A stretch of 64,000 nt of DNA from Planctomycetota bacterium (GTDB lineage Bacteria > Planctomycetota > Planctomycetia > JALXBF01), in NCBI GenBank assembly GCA_026991575.1, contig JALXBF010000191.1, positions 1 through 64,000 on the forward strand, read 5' to 3'. The position numbers and the translations under genes are program-made. Of the stretch, positions 1-9,623 are shown one piece after another. Within the stretch, counting starts at the first letter, position 1. Each line of letters starts with the position of its first letter. The notes beneath the pieces are model-generated. The model saw only the letters and a list, made by a program, of their open reading frames with translations, was not told the DNA's origin and did no database searches.

Positions 1-379
1 GGGCAGCGGTCATAAAGTCGCGAAGCCGCCGGAAGTAGGCAGGATCCCAACGAGTGAGGTCGAACTTGTTGCCGCCATCGTAATAGCCGGGCTGATTGCT
101 CCGAGCCCACGGGCACACGTAGCGACCGGGCTTGGGCGCGAGCGTGTTTCGCGTGATGCCGAAAGAGCCGGGCACTTCGCGATAGACGCCCGAGAACGTG
201 CGCGTATGATTCAGCCCGTGCCGAGCCAGCTCGCGGAAGTACCGCTCGTAGTCGAAGTCCAGATTCAGTAGCGCGCCGTAGTGCTCCCCGGAGGTAATCA
301 GCACGGTCGGCCTGCCGCGCCAGAGGAAGTAGTGCGGATTCTCAGGGTGAAGTCGGAGCGGTTCTGCTGAGCTAGTCAT
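1..379 (-). CDS. Conserved hypothetical protein, possibly glycoside-hydrolase-like; N-terminal part only, runs off the left edge
   Basis: Not in the ORF track. My translation from ATG 379 is MTSSAEPLRLHPENPHYFLWRGRPTVLITSGEHYGALLNLDFDYERYF...NKFDLTRWDPAYFRRLRDF, open to the edge. The LHPENPHYF and FDL..W...YF.RL motifs resemble TIM-barrel glycoside-hydrolase-like proteins. Confidence 0.6.
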   Translation of the reverse strand, partial: MTSSAEPLRLHPENPHYFLWRGRPTVLITSGEHYGALLNLDFDYERYFRELARHGLNHTRTFSGVYREVPGSFGITRNTLAPKPGRYVCPWARSNQPGYYDGGNKFDLTRWDPAYFRRLRDFMTAA

Positions 380-945
380 GGCCCTATGCTCTGCGATACC
401 TCTCTCCACTCCCGGATGATCGTGCCATCGTAGCACGAATGGCCGCGCCGGATCGCCCGAATCCGTTCCTGGAGGTGCACTAACGCGAGGACGGCTGTTG
501 CGTACTACGGCATAGGGGGTGCTTAGGGGCCGACGATCCGCATGTAGGCTGTCTTGCGGCGAACAGTGCCGACAAGGGGGCCATGGCCATCGGGACGTGC
601 CCTCAGGTTGGGCTCGGGTTGAGACCGCTGGCCGTACTCTGCCTACATGCACACGAGCCCTTGCACCAGCCCGTCTTCCGCTTCGCCGCAGGCATTCTCC
701 ACGGTGCTGACTTGTGGGCAGCGGCAACCCTGTTCTGCTTTCGATTCGGACCGTTGCCTGCTTTCAACGGCAGAGTGGGGCCCTCTGCGTCGGCAGCTTG
801 CACGTTGGCAAGCTCATGGGGTAGACTGCCCATATCCCGCCGGCTCTCCGACTAACCGGGCTTCTCACCGCAGAGCCGTTTTGGCCCGGTTCTTCCCACT
901 CGTCCACCCATGACGAACAGGGCGTTCTTCCAGAGGAGCATGATC

Positions 946-1941
946 ATGCATACCAAACTGACACGCCGTGAGTTTATCCGTATCGGCACCATGGGTAGCG
1001 TTGCTGCTGCTGTTGCGCCGTTGAGGGCGGCTGCCCTGCGGGCGGGCGTACGCGCGGAACAGATCGGAACGAACCTCCCCTTTCTGGGGATGGACCTCTT
1101 TTCGGCGCTAGACGTCGTACACAGGATCGGCTTCCAGACAGTGGAGGCGATGACGCAGGGGGCGCTTCGCCCCGGGCCATCGGCAGCTCCGGGCGTTGTG
1201 CTGGCAGACTGGAGTGAGGAGGAGAAACGGCAGGTTAAGCGGTCGATCAAGCGGTTCAAGCATCGCAGCGTGCATCTGCCGTTTGGTGGGCTGGTGGTTG
1301 TCAGCAGCGACAAGGAGCTGCAAGCGCGGAGCCGACGGATCATGGAGGGGGCGCTGGAGACGGCTGCCTTCTTGGAAGTGGAATTCGCCGTGATCCACTG
1401 CATCCCCCCGCGTGGGGTGCCTCGGGAGAAGGCATGGCCGGAACTGATCGATCTGTACCGCAAATGGGGTGATCGAGCCGGCCAGTTGGGGTTCCGACTA
1501 GGCGTGGAAACTGGCTATCCCGGCAGTGTTGAGACGTTTGTCCAGTTCGTGCAGGACCTGGATCATCCCCACATCGGAGCGACGATCGACGTGGGCCACC
1601 AGATCAACTACCCTGAGTTTCGACGACAGTTCGGGAAGAAAATCCCCAACAGCCCGGATGCGTATCGCGCGTACAACGACGTGATTCACCTGCTCATCGA
1701 CCGGCTCGGGGAAAAGCTGTGGCACTTCCACATCCATGACATTGACCCGACCGTCTGGCGTGAGCACAAGCCTCTAGTCCATGGTGTCATCGACTATCCA
1801 CGGCTTTTTGCCAAACTCGCGCAAACCGGCTTCAGCGGTCTACTCGTCTTCGAGATCAACGGTCGGTATGCTCCGCCGGACCAGATGCCTGGCGTCGTGG
1901 AGGACAGCTACCGCAAGGTGCTGGCCTATCTGAGGCAGTAG
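946..1941 (+). CDS. Tat-exported sugar phosphate isomerase/epimerase (xylose isomerase-like TIM barrel, AP_endonuc_2 family)
   Basis: Twin-arginine signal TRREFI followed by an Ala-rich h-region; metal ligands GVE, DVGH, HIHD, FE; GAGGAG RBS before ATG 946 (alternative starts 940/910). Confidence 0.8.
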   Translation: MHTKLTRREFIRIGTMGSVAAAVAPLRAAALRAGVRAEQIGTNLPFLGMDLFSALDVVHRIGFQTVEAMTQGALRPGPSAAPGVVLADWSEEEKRQVKRSIKRFKHRSVHLPFGGLVVVSSDKELQARSRRIMEGALETAAFLEVEFAVIHCIPPRGVPREKAWPELIDLYRKWGDRAGQLGFRLGVETGYPGSVETFVQFVQDLDHPHIGATIDVGHQINYPEFRRQFGKKIPNSPDAYRAYNDVIHLLIDRLGEKLWHFHIHDIDPTVWREHKPLVHGVIDYPRLFAKLAQTGFSGLLVFEINGRYAPPDQMPGVVEDSYRKVLAYLRQ

Positions 1942-2050
1942 CCGCATTGCGCGGCCGGCGGTGGTGTACCAGTCAGGTCGGCGCATGGAGCGAGCGGCGA
2001 CCGGTCGTTGCCGGTCGCCGCTTCTGGCCAATTGTGATGCCCTGGGACTG

Positions 2051-3604
2051 CTACGGTTCCAGGCGGCCCTGGGTGATGCCCGGCCAGTCGTCCGTACGGA
2101 ACGGCGATGCCGGCAGTCCGGCCTTGTTGTACAGGGTGCACTCCGGGTTGTCGGCCCAGCCGTAGCGGACCGCGACCGGATTGGGGACCTGGTCGCTCCA
2201 GACGACGACTGTGTCGCCATCGATCGCGGCCTTGGCCCAGACGAACTTTCGGTCCGGTCCCGCAATAGCAAAGCCCTTCAGCTCACCTCCCCTGGCAACG
2301 AGCCCACCGTCGACGTGCGTGAAGAAGATCCGAACCTTGTTACCTTCGATCTTGTGGCTGTCGTACAGTGGCCCGGAGTAGACGATGTCCTTGCCGTAGG
2401 CGATGGCCAGAGCGGCCAGTGCCAACCGTCGGCCGACGTCCTGCTTGTTTTTCGGATGGATGTCGTTAGCCTCACCAATATCGATGGTTACGGCCATGCC
2501 CGTGTTCGGCTCTGCAAGCGCCATTGTCTGGGCTTCCCGCAACTCGGCCCAATCGCTTTCGCCCGGTTCAGCCTGCCGCTGGCGGAAGTTGGCAAGCTGC
2601 ACGAACAGGAACGGGAAGTTGCCCTGACGCCACGTGCGGCGCCAATCGCGGATCATGGTGCGAAACAGGGTGCGGTACTGGTAGGCCCGGGCGGCGTTGG
2701 ATTCGCCCTGATACCAGATGACGCCGCGGATGGCGAACGGGACGATCGGCTTGATCATGCCGTTGTAAAGGCCGGCGGGGCGATGTGGGTGATTGGGACC
2801 GCGAGGTGGGCGAGGCCGACGTGGCGGCCGTTTTCCGGCTGCCCGGGCCGCCTTGGCGTTCTGCTGCCAGGCCGCCATGCGTTTGCGGTAGCGTTCCAGC
2901 GCCTTCGGGTAGTTCTCAAGGATTTCATCCCACCGCTCGACGATCGGCTTCAGCTCCGGGTGGGCGTTCAACGCCTCCAGACTCGTCCAGGCTTCGGCCG
3001 GTGTGCCGCCCCAGGCCGACTGGATCAGGCCAACGGGCACTCCGAGCCGTTTATGTAGCTCCCGCCCGAAGAAATACCCGACTGCTGAGAACCCAGCCAC
3101 CGTTTGCGGCGAACAGACTTGCCACTGGCCGTCCGTGTCTTCCAGCGGTTTGGCCGCCACGATCTTGGCGACCTTGAAGAGGCGGATCTGTGGGTAGTTC
3201 GCTGAGGCGATCTCCTGCTCCGGATTCGCCGCACGGCTGACCGGCCATTCCATGTTGGACTGCCCAGAGCAGAGCCAGACCTCGCCGACCAGCACATTGC
3301 GCAACTCAATCCGGTTCTTGCCCTCAACGACGAACTTGACCGGGCCGCCGGGGGCGAGCGGTTCGAATTCAACCCGCCAGCGGCCGTTTGCGTCCGCTCT
3401 CGTCCTGCGAAGCTGTTCTCCGATCAAGACGTGCACTTCCTCGCCCGCATCGGCCCATCCCCAAACGGGAAGCCTGGCCCCTGCCTGCAGCACCATGTTG
3501 TCGCCAAAGATCGCGGGCAACCGGACCTCAGCACGAACTACGGTCGCAAGCCAGACCGAGGCAGAGATCGCGACCAGAGCGCGCAACAGCGTGCGTGGCT
3601 TCAT
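2051..3604 (-). CDS. Sialate O-acetylesterase (SASA/SGNH family), secreted
   Basis: Signal peptide; DNMVLQ, GEVWLCSGQSNM, WYQGESN, DIHPKNK, VRYGW, PASPFRTD motifs. Confidence 0.92.
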   Translation of the reverse strand: MKPRTLLRALVAISASVWLATVVRAEVRLPAIFGDNMVLQAGARLPVWGWADAGEEVHVLIGEQLRRTRADANGRWRVEFEPLAPGGPVKFVVEGKNRIELRNVLVGEVWLCSGQSNMEWPVSRAANPEQEIASANYPQIRLFKVAKIVAAKPLEDTDGQWQVCSPQTVAGFSAVGYFFGRELHKRLGVPVGLIQSAWGGTPAEAWTSLEALNAHPELKPIVERWDEILENYPKALERYRKRMAAWQQNAKAARAAGKRPPRRPRPPRGPNHPHRPAGLYNGMIKPIVPFAIRGVIWYQGESNAARAYQYRTLFRTMIRDWRRTWRQGNFPFLFVQLANFRQRQAEPGESDWAELREAQTMALAEPNTGMAVTIDIGEANDIHPKNKQDVGRRLALAALAIAYGKDIVYSGPLYDSHKIEGNKVRIFFTHVDGGLVARGGELKGFAIAGPDRKFVWAKAAIDGDTVVVWSDQVPNPVAVRYGWADNPECTLYNKAGLPASPFRTDDWPGITQGRLEP

Positions 3605-3834
3605 AACGGTGAACCTCCCGAGGCGTCATCGATCGAACATCCGGGGGCGGGACGATCAGTATACACCGACAGGGCCGTGGCAAGCCGGACGTGTGGCCAC
3701 CAGGAACACGGCTACGAGAAGCGGCGAGCGACCAACAAGGACCTTCCACCGAATGCCGCACGCCCCCCTTCTAGCCGCGATGCGACGCTCTTTCGACGCA
3801 CCGCTGCGGGCTCTGATGCCGCGCCTCCCGCGGA

Positions 3835-4251
3835 TCAACCCGGGTGCCAGACACTCAGTGGACCGCGCGCAGTGGAGGGCAGCCGACGCGCATACTCATA
3901 AACCCAGGCGCGAAATCCCAGCTCGGTCATGACCGATAGCCGCCGGTACAGTCCGTCGGCCACATCCTCGAATTCGTCCAGCTCGGTCAACTCCTCTTCG
4001 GCAATCAACAGGGTGAAGCCGTCAGCACGGCACTCGGCGGGCTGGCCCGGCGGTGTCAACACCAGGGCCGGGTATGGACCGAGATCGTACAAGTGTCCGG
4101 CTACTCGGTCGGGGAAAGCTAGGGAGAAGGTTCGAGGCGGCCGCAGGCCGGGTTTGAGCAGACCGTACACAAACAGCCAGCACCTCCCCGTGCCCGCGTC
4201 GAGCCGCGATTGCTCCAGCCCCGATGGTTCGTGCCATCCGGCTGCAGCCAT
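3835..4251 (-). CDS. Gamma-glutamylcyclotransferase (AIG2/YtfP-like) family protein
   Basis: LFVYGLLK, LYDLGPYPAL, LDEFE, AWVYEY motifs; begins 1 nt after the stop of the upstream gene. Confidence 0.8.
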   Translation of the reverse strand: MAAAGWHEPSGLEQSRLDAGTGRCWLFVYGLLKPGLRPPRTFSLAFPDRVAGHLYDLGPYPALVLTPPGQPAECRADGFTLLIAEEELTELDEFEDVADGLYRRLSVMTELGFRAWVYEYARRLPSTARGPLSVWHPG

Positions 4252-4252
4252 G

Positions 4253-6724
4253 CTAGTGCACGAAGAGGAATTCCTTCGTGTTGATCAGGGCCCAGAGCAG
4301 ATCTTCGTAGGCCTCTTTCTTGTTCTTCTTGCTGGCAATGTAATCGAGAGCTGTCTTGAGCTCATCGGCCCGTGGCTCCCGCGCGTAGCACCAGAGCCAG
4401 AGCTCGCGAACCTTCTCCTCGTCGGATCGGCTCTTGTCTGCTGCCAACCGGGCCGCTCGCCCTGAGCCGCTGGAGACCTTGCCCTGGATTTCCTGCGAGT
4501 TCAACAGGTGCAGGCTCTGGGCGAGGTTGGCATCGGCTACGCGTTCGCATTCGCAGGCGCTCTGGCGGGGGGGCTTGCCAAACACGGTCAGGAAGTAGGT
4601 GGTGACCGCTTCGTCAGGCAGCTGGATGGCCCGGGTACCTATGGGCATGCCGTTGAACCTGGTGGGGACGTCCGTCACCTGAGCAATTGCATCGTGCAAC
4701 ACCTCAGCCGGCAGACGCTTCGGGTAGTACCGCGCGAAGTTCTGAGTGTCGTGCTTGTTCCATTCGTTCGGCATGGCGCTCAACTGGTACGTGCGGCTCG
4801 TGCAGATGACGCGCACCAGATGCTTCAGACTGAAGCCGTGTTCGATGAAGTCGCGGGCAAGCGCATCGAGCAGCTCCGGATTGGACGGTGGGTTGGTGAC
4901 CCGCATGTCGTCCTCCGGATCGACGATGCCCTTGCTGAAGAAGTGGGCCCAGTAACGGTTGCAGACGGCCTTCGCAAAGAACGGGTTCTCCGGGGCTCTG
5001 AGCCATTGAACCAGGTACACGCGCGGATCTTCGTCAGGGGGTACGTCTAGCTCTGGACCGTCCAGCCCTTTGGGCTTCATGACGCGCCCGGTCTTTGGAT
5101 GGCGTACAACGCCGTTGGGGTTCACGTAGATGATCTCTTCCTGACGGATGCGGCCGGGCTTGCGGGCAACGCGCGCGAAGAATGCAGCAAAACCGTAGTA
5201 ATCATCCTGGCTCCATTTCTCGAACGGGTGGTGGTGGCAGCGAGCACACTGGATGCGCAGGCCGAGGAACACTTGAGCCGTGTCATCCACTGCCTGTTCC
5301 ACGGTGCGAACTTGACGGTACCAGGCCACGGGCGGGTGCGTGCGCATGTCACCTTGAGCCGCCAGGATGCCCAGCACGAACTGATCGTACGGGACGTCCC
5401 GGCGGATCTGCTCGCGGATCCAACGGTAGAACGCATACGTGCCATAGCGATTCTCCCGATCCCGCCCGCGTACGACACGGAGGATGTCGGCCCACTTCAG
5501 CGCGAAGTAATCGGCATACTCCGGTCGCTCCAGCAGCTCGTCTACCAACTTCTCCCGTTTCTTCGGATCGCGGTCGGCCACAAACTGACGGACTTCCTCC
5601 GGCGTCGGCAGCGTTCCGCAAATGTCGATCATAACACGCCGGATGAACTCCTCATCGCTGCATAGCTCCGACGGGACGATGCCGAGTTGCTGCCACTTCT
5701 TCAGGGTGTACCGGTCGATGAAGTTGTTGATCGGGAACTCGTAGTCGGGCACCGGCACCCCCAGCGGCACCGTGACACGAAAGACGGCTACATGACCCTG
5801 GTACCGGGCCATCACCGCTGCCTCACCACTCTGGTCCTGTGCGGTCACCAGGCCGCTCTCGTCAACTCGAGCCACCTCCTCGGCGTTGGTCTGGTACTGA
5901 GCGTGCCGTGTGACGTCTTCGACAGAGCCATCGCTATAGTGCGCCAGCACGCGGATCTGTTGCGTGCCGCCACGGCGCATGATGCGATGGGTCGGCTCGA
6001 CCGTGATCCGCTCGACCACCGGGTCGTCCGGACTGCCGTAGGGCATACCCGCCTCAATCCAGCGACGGATCAGACGGTACTCGTGACTGTTGGCGTCCAT
6101 TCGCTTGCCGCCGCCATGCGGCACGGCCGCGATTGCTTTGCGCAGCAGCAGGCTGGCGTCCGGCGCTGCCGGGAACAACCTCCTGCCTCTGGCCTCCTTG
6201 ACGAGTGCCTCGTAGTCGTAGGCCGGCTCAAAACCAAGCAACGACAGCTTGAAGCCGTTCTGGCCCGAGGCCTTGCCGTGGCAACCGCCGGAGTTGCACC
6301 CAAGTTTGGTGAAGATCGGCACGATCTGGTTGGCAAAGTTGATCGGCAACGGGTCGGCAATCCGGGTCACTTTCACCGGAACTGCCACCCGCCTTCCGTT
6401 GAATTCAACTACCAGTTCCGTCGCGCCGTCCTTCAGCGGACGCACCAGCCCGGTCTCGTCAACGACGGCGACGGCCGGATCGGTGATCCGATAGTTGGCT
6501 CGACGCGTTAGATCGATCAGCTCTTCGCCGTCCAGACGGCCGGTGACCAGCACCTGGACCGCGGCGTCGACGCCCCGTAGGGTTACCGGTGACGGGCTGA
6601 CGGTCAGCTCATCGACGCGGTTGAAGTCGACGGTCGCTGCCGTTTTCACAGCCGGCTCAGCGGACAGGGCGGTTGCGGTGAGCAGTGCGCCGATCAGGCA
6701 GGCAAACCAGCAAGCGCCTCGCAT
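4253..6724 (-). CDS. DUF1549/DUF1553 domain protein with Ig-like repeats (planctomycete-type, secreted)
   Basis: Signal peptide; GCNSGGCHG, NFID, FIRR...D..G.LPT, LGLRIQCARCHHHPFEKW, NRYW.HFF..GIV.P.DD, PSNPELLD.LA, LWALIN.KEF; GGAGG RBS before ATG 6724. Confidence 0.9.
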   Translation of the reverse strand: MRGACWFACLIGALLTATALSAEPAVKTAATVDFNRVDELTVSPSPVTLRGVDAAVQVLVTGRLDGEELIDLTRRANYRITDPAVAVVDETGLVRPLKDGATELVVEFNGRRVAVPVKVTRIADPLPINFANQIVPIFTKLGCNSGGCHGKASGQNGFKLSLLGFEPAYDYEALVKEARGRRLFPAAPDASLLLRKAIAAVPHGGGKRMDANSHEYRLIRRWIEAGMPYGSPDDPVVERITVEPTHRIMRRGGTQQIRVLAHYSDGSVEDVTRHAQYQTNAEEVARVDESGLVTAQDQSGEAAVMARYQGHVAVFRVTVPLGVPVPDYEFPINNFIDRYTLKKWQQLGIVPSELCSDEEFIRRVMIDICGTLPTPEEVRQFVADRDPKKREKLVDELLERPEYADYFALKWADILRVVRGRDRENRYGTYAFYRWIREQIRRDVPYDQFVLGILAAQGDMRTHPPVAWYRQVRTVEQAVDDTAQVFLGLRIQCARCHHHPFEKWSQDDYYGFAAFFARVARKPGRIRQEEIIYVNPNGVVRHPKTGRVMKPKGLDGPELDVPPDEDPRVYLVQWLRAPENPFFAKAVCNRYWAHFFSKGIVDPEDDMRVTNPPSNPELLDALARDFIEHGFSLKHLVRVICTSRTYQLSAMPNEWNKHDTQNFARYYPKRLPAEVLHDAIAQVTDVPTRFNGMPIGTRAIQLPDEAVTTYFLTVFGKPPRQSACECERVADANLAQSLHLLNSQEIQGKVSSGSGRAARLAADKSRSDEEKVRELWLWCYAREPRADELKTALDYIASKKNKKEAYEDLLWALINTKEFLFVH

Positions 6725-6976
6725 AGTAGGTCCTCCGGTGCCGAATCTGGCGGCCTCTGCGGTAGGCTCCATCGGTCAGATCGATCCTCAGTTTAACCTA
6801 TCTAGAGACGTTTATGCAACGGGGCTCCGAGCCTCCACGCGTGGGGCTCGGTTCGTCCCGGGATGAGCCGCTCAGGCAGCTGCGCATCGCTTGAGGGCAT
6901 GGGCGGCATCGGGGAGACTGCCTGCAACGTCGAGGTATCTGGCGGGTTGCCAGGAGGGCAGGCCCTGCGCTGGGCT

Positions 6977-7732
6977 TCAGTAAGTTGCGCGACCGCCGCT
7001 AATGTCGTAGCACTGGCCCGTGCAGAAGCTGGCTTCTTCCGACACCAGGTAATGCACCAGAGCGGCGACTTCCTCGATCTTGCAGGTCCGTCCCAGGGGG
7101 ATACGCGAAACCATGTAGTCGATCGTCTCCTGCGATACTTGCTCGAGGATCTTCGTCTGGATTACCGCTGGCGAAATCGCGTTGATGGTGATGTCGCCCC
7201 GGCCCGCCACCTCCTTGGCTAATGCTTTGGTCATGCCGATGAGGGCCGCCTTCGACGACGAGTACGGGATCATTCGTGGGTTGCCTTCTTTTCCGGCGAT
7301 CGATGCGACGTTCACGATGCGGCCGTAGCCGCGCTCTAGCATGCGCGGGATCACGGCGCGGCAGAACAGGAACGGACCGATGAGGTTGACGGCCAGGACC
7401 TTTTCCATGTCCTCCTTGGTCACGTTCCAGATGTAGTCGTTCTTGCCCACGATCCCGGCGTTGTTGACGACGATGTCCACCGGCCCGAGCTGCTGCTCGG
7501 TTTCGCGCACACAGCGCTCCACGTCGGCCGGCACGCTGACGTCACCGGCGACGGCATGGCCGTTCAGTTCCGATGCGACGCGGCGCGCTGCCTCCGCGTT
7601 GATGTCGAAGATGCACACGCGGGCACCTGCTGCCGTCAGCCGGCGAGCAATCCCTTCACCGACCGACTGACCGCCCCCGGTGACGATGGCCACCCGCCCG
7701 TCCAGCCGGAAGAAGCCTCGTTCGTCAGCCAT
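6977..7732 (-). CDS. Short-chain dehydrogenase/reductase (FabG-like SDR)
   Basis: TGGGQSVG, NNAG, catalytic S...YSSSK, DISGG; true start MADERG after GGAGG, not the 8362 ORF start. Confidence 0.92.
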   Translation of the reverse strand: MADERGFFRLDGRVAIVTGGGQSVGEGIARRLTAAGARVCIFDINAEAARRVASELNGHAVAGDVSVPADVERCVRETEQQLGPVDIVVNNAGIVGKNDYIWNVTKEDMEKVLAVNLIGPFLFCRAVIPRMLERGYGRIVNVASIAGKEGNPRMIPYSSSKAALIGMTKALAKEVAGRGDITINAISPAVIQTKILEQVSQETIDYMVSRIPLGRTCKIEEVAALVHYLVSEEASFCTGQCYDISGGRATY

Positions 7733-7794
7733 GGCTTGACCCTCCGCAGTCGGCGCGTACGCAACGGAATTGAAGTATAGCGCGACCGAGCGGG

Positions 7795-9387
7795 TCAGTG
7801 CCGGGGTGCGGTGACTGCGAGCACCTCGTAGACCCGGATTCGCTCGCCGTTGTGCTCGGCCACGAACGCCAGGCGGAAGTCTTCCGGCCGAAGCTTTGAC
7901 AGGAACTCGGGACAGTCCTTCAAAAAATGGTGATCGACGACCACGACTTCCACTTGGTGTGCTTTCAGAAACGCCAGCATCCGCTCGTAGCTGAACGGTT
8001 TCCCGAAGCCGTGGCCTGGCACGATGCCTTCGAATGGGTCCCACCGCTTGACCCGCTGGGCGCGGGCGTAGAACGCTTCGACCGTGAAGGCCAGCACACG
8101 CCGCCCGGGCCCGAATTCCGCGGCGATCTGCTCGCCAATCGCCCGTCGGTACGCTCGGCTTGCCTCCAGCGGCTCGTGGGCCTGTACGCTGGCGATGGCC
8201 AGATTCGCCGCGATAGCCACAGGTGCCAGCCACCATGCGCGGCGCCACTGCCAGAGGCGGCTCATGCCAACGGCGGCCAGAACGGCCACCAGCGGCACGA
8301 CCTGAAGGAAGTACCGCTCGTACGGGTAGAGGAGGGCAAAGGCGATTGTGGGGGGGAGGCACGCGGCCAGCAGAATGGCCACAGCCGGCCGGCGGAGCCG
8401 GAACCGGCGGCGTAGCAGCGATACGACGCCGAGCGTCGCCAGAAGCAGCGGCACGTAGCCAGCGGCTTTAGGGAGCTCAGTCACGGTTCGCTTTGCATGC
8501 ACCGGTAGCCACTGGATGAGGTCGTCCGGGTTCTGGCGGATGGCGCCCAGCGGGCCGGCGCGCAGCGCCCGCTCCGGGTGACGCTTGTCGGGCAAGTATT
8601 TCAGGCTCAGCGTCCGGTCCTTGCCGCTCAGCGTCCACCGCCCCAGACTATCGTGCAACCAGACTAGGTACGGACCTGCTACCAGAGTCGCAACGGCGAG
8701 GACCATGGCGGCTGCGGACCGTCGCAGGGCGACGGCGGCACGACCGCTGACGAGCAGGTAGCTGCAGACCACTGCAGCGACCAGCAGCCCTTCGGGGCGG
8801 ATCAGGTAGGCGGCTCCAAAGGCCAGCCCCGCCAGCAGAGCCGCGATCAGCTGGCCGCGGCGGCGCTGACATGCGGCGATGACCAGGTACAGCGCGAGCG
8901 TGAGCGCGGCAAGATACGGGAGGTCGATCTCGGCTGACGGGGCATGACGGATGAGTGCCGGGTGGGTGGCAGCCAGGGCGATGCCTAGGTTTGCCGTTTG
9001 GCGGTCGCTGACCCGCCGCAGCAGCAGCCACAGTCCTGCCAGCAGCAAGCCGGCGGCCACGATCCCGGCAACGCGACCGGCCAGTTCCAGCTGGCCGGTC
9101 CAGCGGTACAACGTGCCCACGATCACCGGCACGGCCGGGCCGGCATACCAGTCCAGTGCGGCACGAATGCCTCCGGTGGCATACGCTGCGGCAAGCTCAA
9201 GGTAGCGTGCCGCGTCGAAACTGACGGCGGCGGCGTGTCGCAGCGTGTACAGGGTCAGGACCAAGCCGCACACTGCTGCGCCGCACGCCAGCCATAGCGT
9301 GACGTCCCCGCACAGCGCCGTGATTGGCGAGCGGCGGGCTCGTCGGCTCGAGTGAGCCTCCTTGGGGGCACACGTCCATGTGTTCAT
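7795..9387 (-). CDS. Multi-pass GT-C fold glycosyltransferase (ArnT/PMT-like, family 39)
   Basis: About 10 hydrophobic segments, D..Y motif in the first loop (FDAARY), LIRPEG, ERY..P; start position uncertain. Confidence 0.72.
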   Translation of the reverse strand: MNTWTCAPKEAHSSRRARRSPITALCGDVTLWLACGAAVCGLVLTLYTLRHAAAVSFDAARYLELAAAYATGGIRAALDWYAGPAVPVIVGTLYRWTGQLELAGRVAGIVAAGLLLAGLWLLLRRVSDRQTANLGIALAATHPALIRHAPSAEIDLPYLAALTLALYLVIAACQRRRGQLIAALLAGLAFGAAYLIRPEGLLVAAVVCSYLLVSGRAAVALRRSAAAMVLAVATLVAGPYLVWLHDSLGRWTLSGKDRTLSLKYLPDKRHPERALRAGPLGAIRQNPDDLIQWLPVHAKRTVTELPKAAGYVPLLLATLGVVSLLRRRFRLRRPAVAILLAACLPPTIAFALLYPYERYFLQVVPLVAVLAAVGMSRLWQWRRAWWLAPVAIAANLAIASVQAHEPLEASRAYRRAIGEQIAAEFGPGRRVLAFTVEAFYARAQRVKRWDPFEGIVPGHGFGKPFSYERMLAFLKAHQVEVVVVDHHFLKDCPEFLSKLRPEDFRLAFVAEHNGERIRVYEVLAVTAPRH

Positions 9388-9623
9388 TGGTATTGGGTTC
9401 CGTGTCAACCGGTCCGGTATAGCGTTTGCTGGTCGGCCCGAGATCCTTGTACTTCAGTGCCGGGCCGGCCGCAAGACGGAGCTGCTTGATTCAGGAGGTG
9501 GTGCGGCAGTCTTGCGGTGAGGGGTGGTAGCAGGCTAGCTGGGGGCCGTAAACTATTAACTCATTTTGCCCCGTGCACAGGCGAGGCAAGGCTGAGCACA
9601 GGCGCACTCCGGGAGGCAAGACC

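Noticed and set aside
7733..8362. Long N-terminal extensions on ORF-track proteins (SDR here; also M24, DUF58, ECF sigma, metK)
   Set aside because: They overlap neighbouring genes or promoters and have low-complexity Arg/Pro/Gly composition; downstream starts fit the family N-termini and mostly have RBSs.
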